Shown one piece after another: positions 1-9,399 of a stretch of 64,000 nt of DNA. Source of the stretch: Bacteroidales bacterium (GTDB lineage: Bacteria; Bacteroidota; Bacteroidia; Bacteroidales; WCHB1-69); NCBI GenBank assembly GCA_045534635.1, contig JAZSKB010000004.1:617-64616 (forward strand), in the 5' to 3' direction. Each line of letters starts with the position of its first letter. The stretch's first letter is position 1. Made by a program: the position numbers and the translations under genes. The notes below the pieces were generated by a model. It was given only the letters and a program-made list of their open reading frames with translations, did not search any database and was not told where the DNA came from.

Positions 1-180
1 GAAATAATAACGTTATACAATTATGACCCTGTTGGCAATGTTACCTATGTATATAGTGAATATCCATGGAAAGGAGCTTTTGATGAATCTTTCTGTTATG
101 ACGAAGCAGACCAACTTACTAATGCTGTTAATGACAAAGATTTTTACAACTTGCAGACACCGAAATCAACCCACAAATAG
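1..180 (+). CDS. RHS/YD-repeat protein, 3' end (partial; 5' end outside window)
   Basis: Frame 1 is open from the window edge to TAG 178-180. The translation EIITLYNYDPVGNVTYVYSE...FCYDEADQLTNAV shows two YD-repeat units. Confidence 0.5.
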   Translation, partial: EIITLYNYDPVGNVTYVYSEYPWKGAFDESFCYDEADQLTNAVNDKDFYNLQTPKSTHK

Positions 181-292
181 GATATACAAAAGATTGGCAT
201 GAGATTACTAAAAGAATTCAACACCAAACAAAAAGCTGTTGATAAAATTGTTTGAAGAGAGATATAAAAATAAAAGAAGAAATCAATAAACT

Positions 293-322
293 AAAAAGGG
301 AACCGATAGGTTCCCTTTTTTT
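293..322. terminator. Bidirectional rho-independent terminator
   Basis: GGGAACC (298-304) / GGTTCCC (309-315) stem with GATA loop. An A-run lies upstream and a T-run (316-322) downstream. It sits between convergent genes. Confidence 0.8.
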
Positions 323-334
323 AGATATAAAGAA

Positions 335-886
335 TTATTTTTTGAAGTAGCGATTAAATAGACCTTCAAATCCTTTACCGTGTCTTGCTTCATCTTTTGC
401 CATTTCGTGAACGGTATCGTGAATAGCGTCTAAATTACGTTCTTTCGCAATACGAGCGATACGCATTTTGTCTTCACAAGCACCGGCTTCAGCGTTCATA
501 CGTTTTTCTAAATTTGTTTTAGTATCCCAAACAACATCGCCAAGTAGTTCAGCAAATTTTGCACAATGTTCGGCTTCTTCCCAAGCATAACGTTTGAATG
601 CTTCAGCAATTTCAGGATAACCTTCTCTATCTGCTTGACGGCTCATTGCTAAATACATACCTACTTCTGTAGCTTCGCCCATGAAGTGAGCATTTAAATC
701 TTTAATCATTTCTTCACCAGAATCTTTTGCGATACCAATAACATGTTCTGTAACAAAGTTTAATTTGTTATTTTCATCTAAAACTTTAAATTTGTCTTTT
801 GGTTGTTTGCATTGAGGACAAAAATCTGGTGCATCATTTCCTTCGTGTACGTACCCACAAACGGTACAAATAAATTTCTTTGTCAT
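335..886 (-). CDS. rbr: Rubrerythrin with N-terminal rubredoxin-like domain (reverse domain order)
   Basis: 183 aa. N-terminal CTVC...CPQC metal site, followed by ferritin-like di-iron helices with ExxH motifs (EEAEH, DEARH). Confidence 0.9.
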   Translation of the reverse strand: MTKKFICTVCGYVHEGNDAPDFCPQCKQPKDKFKVLDENNKLNFVTEHVIGIAKDSGEEMIKDLNAHFMGEATEVGMYLAMSRQADREGYPEIAEAFKRYAWEEAEHCAKFAELLGDVVWDTKTNLEKRMNAEAGACEDKMRIARIAKERNLDAIHDTVHEMAKDEARHGKGFEGLFNRYFKK

Positions 887-917
887 TTTACTGAATATTT
901 AATGTTAATATTTTAAA

Positions 918-1334
918 TTATTTGTTGTTACAATTTTTACAAACTCCACAATAGTAAATATCAATACTTTGTAATATAAAATCTTTGTCAATAGGAACAT
1001 TTTCATTATCAATATTTAAAGAAGGCATATCAAAAATACAAGAACATTTACAACAACGAAAATGTGCGTGAGGAGTTGTTTCTCCATCATAACGACAAGT
1101 ATTTCCATCAATAGTCAACTCTTTTGTAATTCCTGCATTTACAAACATTTTAAGAGTGTTGTAAACCGTTGTTTTTGAAAGAGTTGGAATAACATTTATC
1201 AAATCTTCGTATATTTGGTCAACGGTAGGGTGTGTTTTGTGCGTTGCCAAATAGTCGTATATCATCAATCTTTGAACAGAAGATTTGATATTGTGTTGCT
1301 CTAAATATTGTTTATGTTTATTTATTGAACTCAT
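918..1334 (-). CDS. Fur-family regulator (PerR-like)
   Basis: The track start (TTG 1373) lies inside the -7 box, so I use the first ATG at 1334 (MSSINKHK...). HAHF and two CxxC pairs (CCKC, CGVC) are present. It lies 31 nt upstream of rbr on the same strand. Confidence 0.8.
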   Translation of the reverse strand: MSSINKHKQYLEQHNIKSSVQRLMIYDYLATHKTHPTVDQIYEDLINVIPTLSKTTVYNTLKMFVNAGITKELTIDGNTCRYDGETTPHAHFRCCKCSCIFDMPSLNIDNENVPIDKDFILQSIDIYYCGVCKNCNNK

Positions 1335-1339
1335 TTTAT

Positions 1340-1358
1340 ATTTGTAATTATTACAAAT
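1340..1358. promoter_or_regulatory. Perfect 9-1-9 palindrome ATTTGTAAT-T-ATTACAAAT, candidate Fur/PerR operator
   Basis: Read directly from the sequence. It lies between the -7 box (1371-1378) and the ATG (1334) of the Fur-family gene. Confidence 0.55.
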
Positions 1359-1370
1359 TTGAAATTTTTG

Positions 1371-1378
1371 CAAAGATA
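1371..1378 (-). promoter_or_regulatory. -7 promoter box TATCTTTG (Fur-family gene/rbr)
   Basis: Matches the Bacteroidetes TAnnTTTG consensus, 37 nt upstream of the ATG. Confidence 0.6.
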
Positions 1379-1440
1379 CAATTTTTTTTTATACAAAAGC
1401 AAAAAAAAGGAAAAAAAATTTTAATAATAATAAAAAAGTG

Positions 1441-1448
1441 TACTTTTG
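1441..1448 (+). promoter_or_regulatory. -7 promoter box TACTTTTG (MFS transporter)
   Basis: TAnnTTTG match 16 nt upstream of ATG 1464. Divergent from the perR promoter. Confidence 0.6.
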
Positions 1449-1463
1449 CCGAAAAATAGAAAT

Positions 1464-2795
1464 ATGATGAATACGAGAAAACAGTCATTAGTGTTTAGTT
1501 TAATAATAATAGCCGTATTGTATTTTATATTTGGCTTTGTAACATGGCTTAATGGTACGTTGATACCATTTTTGAAAACAGCGTGTCAGTTGAACAATTT
1601 TTTAGCCTATTTTGTTACTTTTTCGTTTTATATTGCCTATTTTGTTACGGCATTGCCATCGTCTGTAATACTACAAAAAATAGGGTTCAAAAATGGCATT
1701 GTTTTAGGTTTATTTGTTATGACAATAGGTTCTGCGTTATTTTTACCAGCAGCATATATACGTTCTTATATTTTATTTTTGATAGGATTGTTTGTTATGG
1801 GTACAGGATTATCAATTATGCAAACGGCTGTAAATCCGTATGTAACTATTTTAGGACCCATAGAAAGTGCTGCACGACGTATAAGTATTATGGGAATGTG
1901 CAATAAATTAGCAGGCATTATTGCCCCAATTATTTTAGCAACATTTCTTTTGAAAGGAGCAGAAAATATTTATACAGAAATAAGTACGTGTGTTAATTCT
2001 TTTGAACACAATGCTTTATTAGACGAATTGGCTCTTCGATTAATAAAACCTTATTTGGCAATGACTATTATTTTGGCAGGTTTAACAATTTTAATGTTTT
2101 TTGTTTATTTACCTGAAGTAAATCATGAAGAAGAAAGTAAAACAACATCAACAACAATACTAAATTATCCACATTTATGGTTTGGAGTTGTTGCATTGTT
2201 TTTTTATGTTGGAGTGGAGGTTATAGCAGGAGATACTATTATTCGTTATGGAGAATCGTTGGGTATTGCTATGGAATCGGCACAATATTTTACAAGTATC
2301 ACTTTGATAACTATGTTGATAGGTTATTTTATTGGAATAATTGTTATCCCAAGATTTATCAATCAACGAATTGCATTATTGATATGTTCGATTTTAGGAA
2401 TAATTTTTACTTTATTAGCGATTTTTGTACCGACAGAAGCACAATTTTCGTTTCCATTTATCAATATTACCAATTTTGAATCAATTACAATGACAATACC
2501 ATATACAGTCTTTTTTGTTGCGATGTTAGGATTAGCCAATTCTTTAGTATGGCCAGCGATATGGCCTTTGAGTTTAGATGGTGTTGGACATCATGAAAAA
2601 ATAGGTTCCGCTTTATTGATTATGGCAATAGCTGGAGGAGCTTTGCTACCTTTGGTTTATGGCTATTTTTCAGATATAATGGGAACTCAAAATGCTTATT
2701 TTATTGCTATTATATGTTATATAGTAATAATGGCGTTTGCTTTGTTTGGTTATAAATTAGGAAAAAATAAAAATCATGAAGTGGATAAGAATTAA
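1464..2795 (+). CDS. MFS sugar transporter (glucose/galactose-fucose permease family)
   Basis: Polytopic hydrophobic ORF. The N-terminal FGFVTWLNGTLIPFLK resembles the GluP/FucP signature. The track TTG start overlaps the promoter box, so I use ATG 1464. Confidence 0.75.
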   Translation: MMNTRKQSLVFSLIIIAVLYFIFGFVTWLNGTLIPFLKTACQLNNFLAYFVTFSFYIAYFVTALPSSVILQKIGFKNGIVLGLFVMTIGSALFLPAAYIRSYILFLIGLFVMGTGLSIMQTAVNPYVTILGPIESAARRISIMGMCNKLAGIIAPIILATFLLKGAENIYTEISTCVNSFEHNALLDELALRLIKPYLAMTIILAGLTILMFFVYLPEVNHEEESKTTSTTILNYPHLWFGVVALFFYVGVEVIAGDTIIRYGESLGIAMESAQYFTSITLITMLIGYFIGIIVIPRFINQRIALLICSILGIIFTLLAIFVPTEAQFSFPFINITNFESITMTIPYTVFFVAMLGLANSLVWPAIWPLSLDGVGHHEKIGSALLIMAIAGGALLPLVYGYFSDIMGTQNAYFIAIICYIVIMAFALFGYKLGKNKNHEVDKN

Positions 2796-4038
2796 TTTGT
2801 TTTTTTATATTATTATATTGTTCATCAATACAATATTTGCACAAGATACATTATATACTCGTAAAATTATTAATAAATTGTGTTCAAAATCGTTTTGTGG
2901 AAGGGGATATGCTTTTAAAGGAGATTCTATTGCTGCTCAATTTATAGCAAAACAAATGCAAAATTTTGGATTACTTACATGGTATGATAATTATCAACAG
3001 CCGTATATGATAGGTGTAAATACTATTGGAAAAAATGCACAGTTTGATTTTGGCAAAAGTTATAATGAAAAAATAGAAGGAGATAATTTGAAAATAGACC
3101 CGATGAGTGTTTCCACAAAAGGTAAATATCGTATTATTGAATTAGAAAATTTTTCAAAAGAAAATTCTTCAAAAGTATTAGTGTGTATTGACGCAACAAA
3201 ATATGAAAATGACAAAGAACGTAAATTAGAATTACGTAATTTAATATATAATAATGAATTAGGTGTAAAAGGATATGTTGTTTTAGAAAGTAAACAAAGA
3301 ATGGCATCACCACAAAATGCTTTAAAAAAAGCAAATCATTGTATAGTTTATTTGGTTAAAGATAGTGTAAAAGCACCATTAACAACGGTGAAAATAAATA
3401 TAGATGCAAATTTTAATGATAATTATAAATGTCAAAATGTGGTGGGCTATATCAAAGGGACAAAATATACAGATAGTTGGTACATTATAGGAGCACATTA
3501 CGATCATTTGGGCATGATGGGAAAAAAAGTATTGTATCCGGGAGCCCAAGATAATGCAACAGGAGTTGCTCTTGTGCTTGATTTGGCTCGTTATTTTAGC
3601 GAAGAAAAACATCAACCACAACACAATATTATGTTTGTTGCTTTCGATGGAGAAGAATCAGGACTATTAGGGTCAATGTATCTTGCAAAAAATTTACCAA
3701 TATCACCAAAAAATGTTAAAATGATGATTAATTTAGATATGGTTGGTACTGGTGAAGAAGGATTTAAAATTTTTGGAATAGAAACATTTCCAAATGAATG
3801 GGAAAAAATTCAAAAATTGAATGAAAAAAATAATTATACAAATAACTTAAAAATAGATGGTATGCGTCCCAATAGTGACCATTATCCATTTTATAAAGTT
3901 GGTTGTCCAGCGATATTTATGCTTACTATGGGAAAATCAGGGAAATATCATCATACTGAAGATTTACCTGAAAATGTTACCTTTAGCAATTATTATGGTT
4001 TGTTTAATATGATAGTAGATTATTTAAATTTTGAATAA
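2776..4038 (+). CDS. M28-family metallopeptidase, secreted
   Basis: Signal peptide present. Motifs GAHYDHLG, GAQDNATG, FDGEESGLLGS and NLDMVG are typical M28 metal ligands. Confidence 0.8.
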   Translation: MKWIRINLFFYIIILFINTIFAQDTLYTRKIINKLCSKSFCGRGYAFKGDSIAAQFIAKQMQNFGLLTWYDNYQQPYMIGVNTIGKNAQFDFGKSYNEKIEGDNLKIDPMSVSTKGKYRIIELENFSKENSSKVLVCIDATKYENDKERKLELRNLIYNNELGVKGYVVLESKQRMASPQNALKKANHCIVYLVKDSVKAPLTTVKINIDANFNDNYKCQNVVGYIKGTKYTDSWYIIGAHYDHLGMMGKKVLYPGAQDNATGVALVLDLARYFSEEKHQPQHNIMFVAFDGEESGLLGSMYLAKNLPISPKNVKMMINLDMVGTGEEGFKIFGIETFPNEWEKIQKLNEKNNYTNNLKIDGMRPNSDHYPFYKVGCPAIFMLTMGKSGKYHHTEDLPENVTFSNYYGLFNMIVDYLNFE

Positions 4039-4039
4039 A

Positions 4040-4735
4040 ATGGCAAAACTTATTCTTGTTCCTACGCCTATTGGTAATATGGAAGATATTACTTTACGAG
4101 CATTACGTGTTTTGCAAAAATCGGATATAATTTTAGCAGAAGATACTCGTGTTAGTAAAAAATTGTTGACACATTATAATATTGATAAACCGATTGTGGC
4201 ACATCATCAACATAATGAACACCAACAATTAGAAGCATTTCTTCGTACAATAGAAAAGTATAATCAAGTAGCAGTTGTTACAGATGCAGGGACGCCAGGA
4301 ATATCAGACCCTGGATTTTTGTTGCTGAGAGCTTGTATAGAAAAAGGCATAGAAGTTGAAACTTTGCCAGGACCGACAGCATTTGTGCCAGCACTTGTCA
4401 ATTCGGGGTTACCTTGTGATAGATTTTATTTTTATGGTTTTTTACCACATAAAAAAGGAAGAAAAACGGCTTTGGAATATTTGACCAATGTGCCAGAAAC
4501 TTTTATTTTGTATGAATCTCCTTTTCGTTTAATAAAAACATTGCAACAACTTTATGAATTTGCAGGGGAAAGACAAATTGCTGTTTGTCGAGAACTTACT
4601 AAAATGTTTGAAGAAACATTTCGTGGAAAAATAAGTGAAGCAATTGCTTATTTTTCTCAAAAAGAGGTTAAAGGAGAAATAGTAATTGTTGTACAAGGAA
4701 AAGAACAAAGCGAAAAAACAAAAATGAAAGAATAG
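4040..4735 (+). CDS. rsmI: 16S rRNA 2'-O-ribose C1402 methyltransferase
   Basis: MAKLILVPTPIGN...ILAEDTR; tetrapyrrole-methylase fold pattern. ATG at 4040. Confidence 0.9.
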   Translation: MAKLILVPTPIGNMEDITLRALRVLQKSDIILAEDTRVSKKLLTHYNIDKPIVAHHQHNEHQQLEAFLRTIEKYNQVAVVTDAGTPGISDPGFLLLRACIEKGIEVETLPGPTAFVPALVNSGLPCDRFYFYGFLPHKKGRKTALEYLTNVPETFILYESPFRLIKTLQQLYEFAGERQIAVCRELTKMFEETFRGKISEAIAYFSQKEVKGEIVIVVQGKEQSEKTKMKE

Positions 4736-4738
4736 TTT

Positions 4739-5878
4739 ATGGCTTCAATATATATTCATATTCCTTTTTGTTTTCAGAGATGTGATTATTGTAATTTTTT
4801 TTCTTCAACACGATTACAACAAAAATCTGCGTATTTATTAGCACTAAAAAAGGAATTGATTTTACGAAAAAACTATCTTGAAGCAGAACCTATAGAAAGT
4901 ATTTATTTTGGAGGAGGAACACCTTCTGTACTTACGGCTAATGAAATAGATGATATTATTTCTTGTATTTCAGATAATTATATTGTTTCTTCGTATGCAG
5001 AAATTACTTTAGAAGCAAATCCAAACAATTTATGTGAAGAGTATTTTAAAAACTTGACAACAACCAGAATTAATAGGTTAAGCATTGGAATTCAATCGTT
5101 TAATGCTGATAATCTAAAAATTTTAGGAAGGATACATTCTGGAAAACAAGCAGAAGATTGTTTGCTTTTGGCAGAAAAATACAATTTTAACAATCTTTCC
5201 ATTGATTTAATGTACGGTTATCCTTTATTGACAATACAACAATGGATAGCGAATTTGGAAAAAGTAAAAGATGTAAAGCATCTTTCGTGTTATTGTTTGA
5301 CATTGGAAAAACAATCGGTTTTGTATAAAAGAATAAAAAATCAAAATTTACAACAAGCTACAGAAGATGATATTTTACAACAAATTGAGATTTTAGAAGA
5401 GTTTGCACAACAAAATAATTTTATTCATTACGAAACTTCTAATTTTTGTAAAAAAGATTTTCATTCTCGACACAATACCGCTTATTGGCAAAATAAATCT
5501 TATTTGGGAGTTGGTTGTTCGGCACATTCTTTTAATAAAAATAGTAGGCAATGGAATTTAAGTAATATTGATTTATATATCAATAAATTAAATAAAATTA
5601 AAGATGTGTCGGAATTTGATATTTATGAATATGAAAGTTTAAGTAAAATAATGCAAATCAATGAATATATAATGACATCGTTGCGAACAATTTGGGGGTG
5701 CGATTTAGATTATATAAGCAAATATTTTTCAGAAGAAAAAGCCAATCTGTTGAAAGAAAAATTGACATTAATAGATACAAAAAACTACATATTGAAAAAT
5801 AATATTTTACAACTTTCTCCGCAAGGACAATTATTAGCTGATGCTATTGCTTGTCAATTATTTTTTGAAGAAGAATAG
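4739..5878 (+). CDS. hemW: Radical-SAM heme chaperone HemW (HemN-like)
   Basis: CFQRCDYCNF (CxxxCxxC); 379 aa. Confidence 0.85.
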   Translation: MASIYIHIPFCFQRCDYCNFFSSTRLQQKSAYLLALKKELILRKNYLEAEPIESIYFGGGTPSVLTANEIDDIISCISDNYIVSSYAEITLEANPNNLCEEYFKNLTTTRINRLSIGIQSFNADNLKILGRIHSGKQAEDCLLLAEKYNFNNLSIDLMYGYPLLTIQQWIANLEKVKDVKHLSCYCLTLEKQSVLYKRIKNQNLQQATEDDILQQIEILEEFAQQNNFIHYETSNFCKKDFHSRHNTAYWQNKSYLGVGCSAHSFNKNSRQWNLSNIDLYINKLNKIKDVSEFDIYEYESLSKIMQINEYIMTSLRTIWGCDLDYISKYFSEEKANLLKEKLTLIDTKNYILKNNILQLSPQGQLLADAIACQLFFEEE

Positions 5879-5883
5879 TTTTG

Positions 5884-6531
5884 TTAAAATTTGCTAACTT
5901 TTGGAGCATTCCCAAGAGGAATATGAATAATATATTTTTCGTTGAAATAGGTATCAGAAAACCAATTTTGAATAGGATATTTTATTGTTTTTCGAGGAAC
6001 TTGTTGCAATTCTTGGGTTAAATCTCCTCCTTTGAGATAAAGAATTCCATTGGCAATGGTATTAAAAGAATCTTTACACACACGATGATGAATCCATTTA
6101 AAGAAAATAGGTAATGTTGTAACGGCTCGACTTACAATAAAATCATATTCACAATTTAATTCTTCGGCTCGAATTTGTGTGCATTCTACGTTGTTTAGTT
6201 GCAAACTATCTACAACGGCTTGAGCAACTTTTATTTTTTTTCCTATAGAATCAACTAAATGAAAATGGGCAAAAGGAAACATAATCGCTAAAGGAATTCC
6301 AGGAAAACCTCCTCCTGTGCCGACATCTAAAATTGTAGTTTGATTTTTGAATTGTAATAATTTGGCGATACTCAAAGAGTGTAAAATATGATTAGTGGAA
6401 ATATTTTCAATATCTTTGCGAGAAATAACGTTAATTTGTGCATTCCAAAATTTATACAAATCAGGCAAAGCATTGAATTGTTCCTGTTGTTGTTGAGTCA
6501 ATGTCGGAAAATGTTGTTCTATGATATTCAT
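5884..6531 (-). CDS. rsmG: 16S rRNA m7G527 methyltransferase
   Basis: GTGGGFPGIPLAI SAM motif; 215 aa. Confidence 0.9.
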   Translation of the reverse strand: MNIIEQHFPTLTQQQQEQFNALPDLYKFWNAQINVISRKDIENISTNHILHSLSIAKLLQFKNQTTILDVGTGGGFPGIPLAIMFPFAHFHLVDSIGKKIKVAQAVVDSLQLNNVECTQIRAEELNCEYDFIVSRAVTTLPIFFKWIHHRVCKDSFNTIANGILYLKGGDLTQELQQVPRKTIKYPIQNWFSDTYFNEKYIIHIPLGNAPKVSKF

Positions 6532-6545
6532 TTATTTAGAATTTG

Positions 6546-6976
6546 TTTGCAAAAGTATCATTTTTTTCTATAAAATTATAGGTTTTAAATTCAACTTAGA
6601 AAGAATAGGTTCAATAAAAATATCACCAATAACACCGAAAAAAGCAACATAAATATTTCTTGCTGTAAATCAGCATATTGAAGAAATTTAGAAAAGTTTT
6701 AAATTTCACAAAAAATTTTTTTCATTTTTTTATCAAAAACCGACCACTTTGGCACAATATTTGTTGTGTATAAAATGTTGAATGATAACAATATGCTAAA
6801 AAATGAGAGTTTATAAAAAACATACAAAAAACACTTATAACTGACTGATAGACAGTAGTATTAGTGGATGTTTTATAGTGTATTGTTTTGAGGCTCGTTA
6901 TTACAAGCTACCTGCATTAAATTTAAGTTATAACATCAACTTATAAAGTTATAAAAAAAGTGTTATCTTTGTAAAA
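6546..6976 (-). repeat. Dispersed intergenic repeat, copy A (full length, both promoter arms)
   Basis: Hand-aligned to copies B-G. 6546-6628 is identical to the reverse complement of 36458-36540. It contains -7 boxes at 6550-6557 (minus strand, toward rsmG) and 6964-6971 (plus strand, toward the hydrolase). Confidence 0.9.
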
Positions 6977-7000
6977 TCATTTTTATAATTTTATATAGTG

Positions 7001-8266
7001 ATGAAAAAAATATTTTGTTTCTTTTTCTTTGTCGCATTATCTATAAATTTGTATGCTCAAAAAACCGAATATTGGAAAGGTATTTTAAAAACAGGAACTC
7101 TTGTTGATTTACTTATCACAATAGAAATACACTTTGACACAGATACACTTGCATTTCTCGGTTCTCCTTGTCAAACAGAAGATATTTTTAAAACCTCTAA
7201 AATAGTTTTTCGTAATGATTCTCTTTTATTTTCTGTAAAAATAGAAAATTCTATTGCTCGTTTTCGAGGAAAATATTTATCAGAAGATTCTATTCAAGGA
7301 CTTTTTACACAATCAATTTCTAACATTCCTTTGACACTAACAAAAAATGAAAACAATATTTTTTTCAATCGCCCACAAACACCTAAAAACATTGATTATA
7401 TTTGTGAAGAAGTAAATTTTTTTGTAGATAGTGTCAATTATCAATTTCATGGTACGCTTTCTTATCCAAACGAAGGCGATAATTTTCCAGCAGTAGTATT
7501 GATTTCTGGTTCTGGTCAACAAAACAGAGACGAAGAAATTTTTCATCATAAACCTTTTGCAGTTATTGCCGATTATTTAACAAGAAATGGCATTGCTGTT
7601 TTAAGATACGATGACAGAGGTTATGGAACTTTCGATAGCAGTTTAAGTTCTGCCACCACCTACGATTTTGCCAACGATGCCGAAGCGGCAATGTCATTAT
7701 TAACATCTCACAAAAAAATTAATCCTAACCAAATAGGTTTACTTGGTCACAGCGAAGGTGGAATGATTGCTCCTATTGTTGCCAGCAGAAACAAAAATGT
7801 TGCTTTTATCATTTTATTAGCAGCACCAGGTGTCAATGGATTGGATTTGCTTATCGAACAAAACAAAAAAATAATGAAAGGTTTCGGATATAACAACAAA
7901 GATATTAAAAATCAAATAAATAAACTTAAAAATAAAGACGTTTCTTTAGGAATGAATCTTCCATGGATGAAATATTTTATTGATTTCGAACCTTCTAAAT
8001 ATTTAAAACAATTGACAATTCCTGTACTTGCTCTCAATGGAGAAAAAGATAGTCAAGTGATTTCTTCACAAAATTTACCTGCTATAAAAAAGGCTCTTAA
8101 GAAAGCAAAAAACAAAAATTTTGATATAATTGCACTTCCTAATTTGAATCATTGTTTTCAAGAATGTACCACAGGTTTACCCAATGAATATTTTTTTATA
8201 GAACAAACCATCTCCCCACAAGTTCTACAATTAATAAAAGATTTTATTAAAACATATAATAAATAA
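7001..8266 (+). CDS. Alpha/beta hydrolase, secreted
   Basis: Signal peptide; GHSEGG nucleophile elbow. Confidence 0.75.
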   Translation: MKKIFCFFFFVALSINLYAQKTEYWKGILKTGTLVDLLITIEIHFDTDTLAFLGSPCQTEDIFKTSKIVFRNDSLLFSVKIENSIARFRGKYLSEDSIQGLFTQSISNIPLTLTKNENNIFFNRPQTPKNIDYICEEVNFFVDSVNYQFHGTLSYPNEGDNFPAVVLISGSGQQNRDEEIFHHKPFAVIADYLTRNGIAVLRYDDRGYGTFDSSLSSATTYDFANDAEAAMSLLTSHKKINPNQIGLLGHSEGGMIAPIVASRNKNVAFIILLAAPGVNGLDLLIEQNKKIMKGFGYNNKDIKNQINKLKNKDVSLGMNLPWMKYFIDFEPSKYLKQLTIPVLALNGEKDSQVISSQNLPAIKKALKKAKNKNFDIIALPNLNHCFQECTTGLPNEYFFIEQTISPQVLQLIKDFIKTYNK

Positions 8267-8392
8267 TTGACTTTTTATTTGTAACGAACAAAAATACATT
8301 AAAAATCAACGAATTATATTTTTCTCATTGCGTTTTAAATTTCCATTTTCATAAACCATACAAAATCGTCTATTTATATTCAAAAAAAGTTG

Positions 8393-8400
8393 TATCTTTG
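8393..8400 (+). promoter_or_regulatory. -7 promoter box TATCTTTG
   Basis: TAnnTTTG match. The track start TTG 8398 lies inside it. Confidence 0.6.
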
Positions 8401-8418
8401 CCAAATAAAAAAATTTAT

Positions 8419-9375
8419 ATGCAAGAAGTCATCTATAAAGAGAAAAAAGAAACCCGAGCAGGTTTCGGTGAAGGATTGCTTGAAGCAGGTAAACAAAATG
8501 ATAATGTTCTTGCTTTGTGTGCAGATTTGACAGGTTCTGTTAAAATGGATAGTTTCGCCAAAACATTTCCAGAAAGATTTTTTCAAATAGGAATAGCAGA
8601 ATCTAATATGGTAGGAATGGCAGCAGGTATGGCAATAGCAGGTAAAATACCTTTTGTAGGTTCTTTTGCAAATTTCTGCACAAGCAGAGTTTTAGACCAA
8701 ATCCGTATGGCTGTAGCATATTCCAATACAAATGTAAAAATATGTGGTTCTCACGCAGGAATTACCCTCGGAGAAGATGGAGCAACACACCAAGTTATGG
8801 AAGATTTAGGAATGATAAAATCTCTTCCAAATATGGTAGTAATTAATCCTTGCGACTTTAATCAAACCAAAGCAGCAACTATCGCTATTGCGAAACATGT
8901 TGGTCCTGTTTATTTAAGATTTGGTCGCCCAAAAGTTCCAAATTTTACACCAGAAAATCACGAATTTAAAATAGGCAAAGCCTTAATGATGAACGAAGGC
9001 AACGACGTAAGTATTTTCGCTACAGGTCACATGGTATTTCCTGCATTGCAAGCAGCATATATTTTATCGCAAAAAGGCATCAATGCAGAAGTAATCAACA
9101 TTCACACTATCAAACCATTAGATACAGAACGCATACTCAAATCTGTAAGGAAAACTCGTTGTGTAGTAACAGCCGAAGAACATCTAATCAATGGAGGTTT
9201 AGGTGATAGCATTGCTCAACTATTGGTTCGCAATTTCCCTTGTCCTCAAGAATATGTTGCTGTTGATGACAGATTTGGAGAAAGTGGAACACCTGAACAA
9301 TTACTCAAAGAATACAATCTTACCGATGAGGCTATCGTAGATGCTGCAATGAAAGCAATAATGAGAAAAGGTTAA
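8419..9375 (+). CDS. Transketolase, C-terminal subunit (split type)
   Basis: FQIGIAESNMVGMAAGMA and GEDGATHQ motifs. About 318 aa, corresponding to the pyrimidine-binding plus C-terminal domains only. Confidence 0.85.
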   Translation: MQEVIYKEKKETRAGFGEGLLEAGKQNDNVLALCADLTGSVKMDSFAKTFPERFFQIGIAESNMVGMAAGMAIAGKIPFVGSFANFCTSRVLDQIRMAVAYSNTNVKICGSHAGITLGEDGATHQVMEDLGMIKSLPNMVVINPCDFNQTKAATIAIAKHVGPVYLRFGRPKVPNFTPENHEFKIGKALMMNEGNDVSIFATGHMVFPALQAAYILSQKGINAEVINIHTIKPLDTERILKSVRKTRCVVTAEEHLINGGLGDSIAQLLVRNFPCPQEYVAVDDRFGESGTPEQLLKEYNLTDEAIVDAAMKAIMRKG

Positions 9376-9399
9376 TAAGTAAACAAAAATATAGATATA

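Noticed and set aside
2165-2173. Perfect DnaA-box-like TTATCCACA
   Set aside because: It is a single occurrence inside the MFS transporter coding sequence, with no cluster and no AT-rich unwinding context. Nothing supports an origin.
6546-6976. Repeat as a classical MITE with terminal inverted repeats
   Set aside because: The two ends do resemble each other in inverted orientation. However, the similarity is essentially the shared promoter consensus (A-run plus TAnnTTTG), and I see no target-site duplication. I kept it as an open possibility only.
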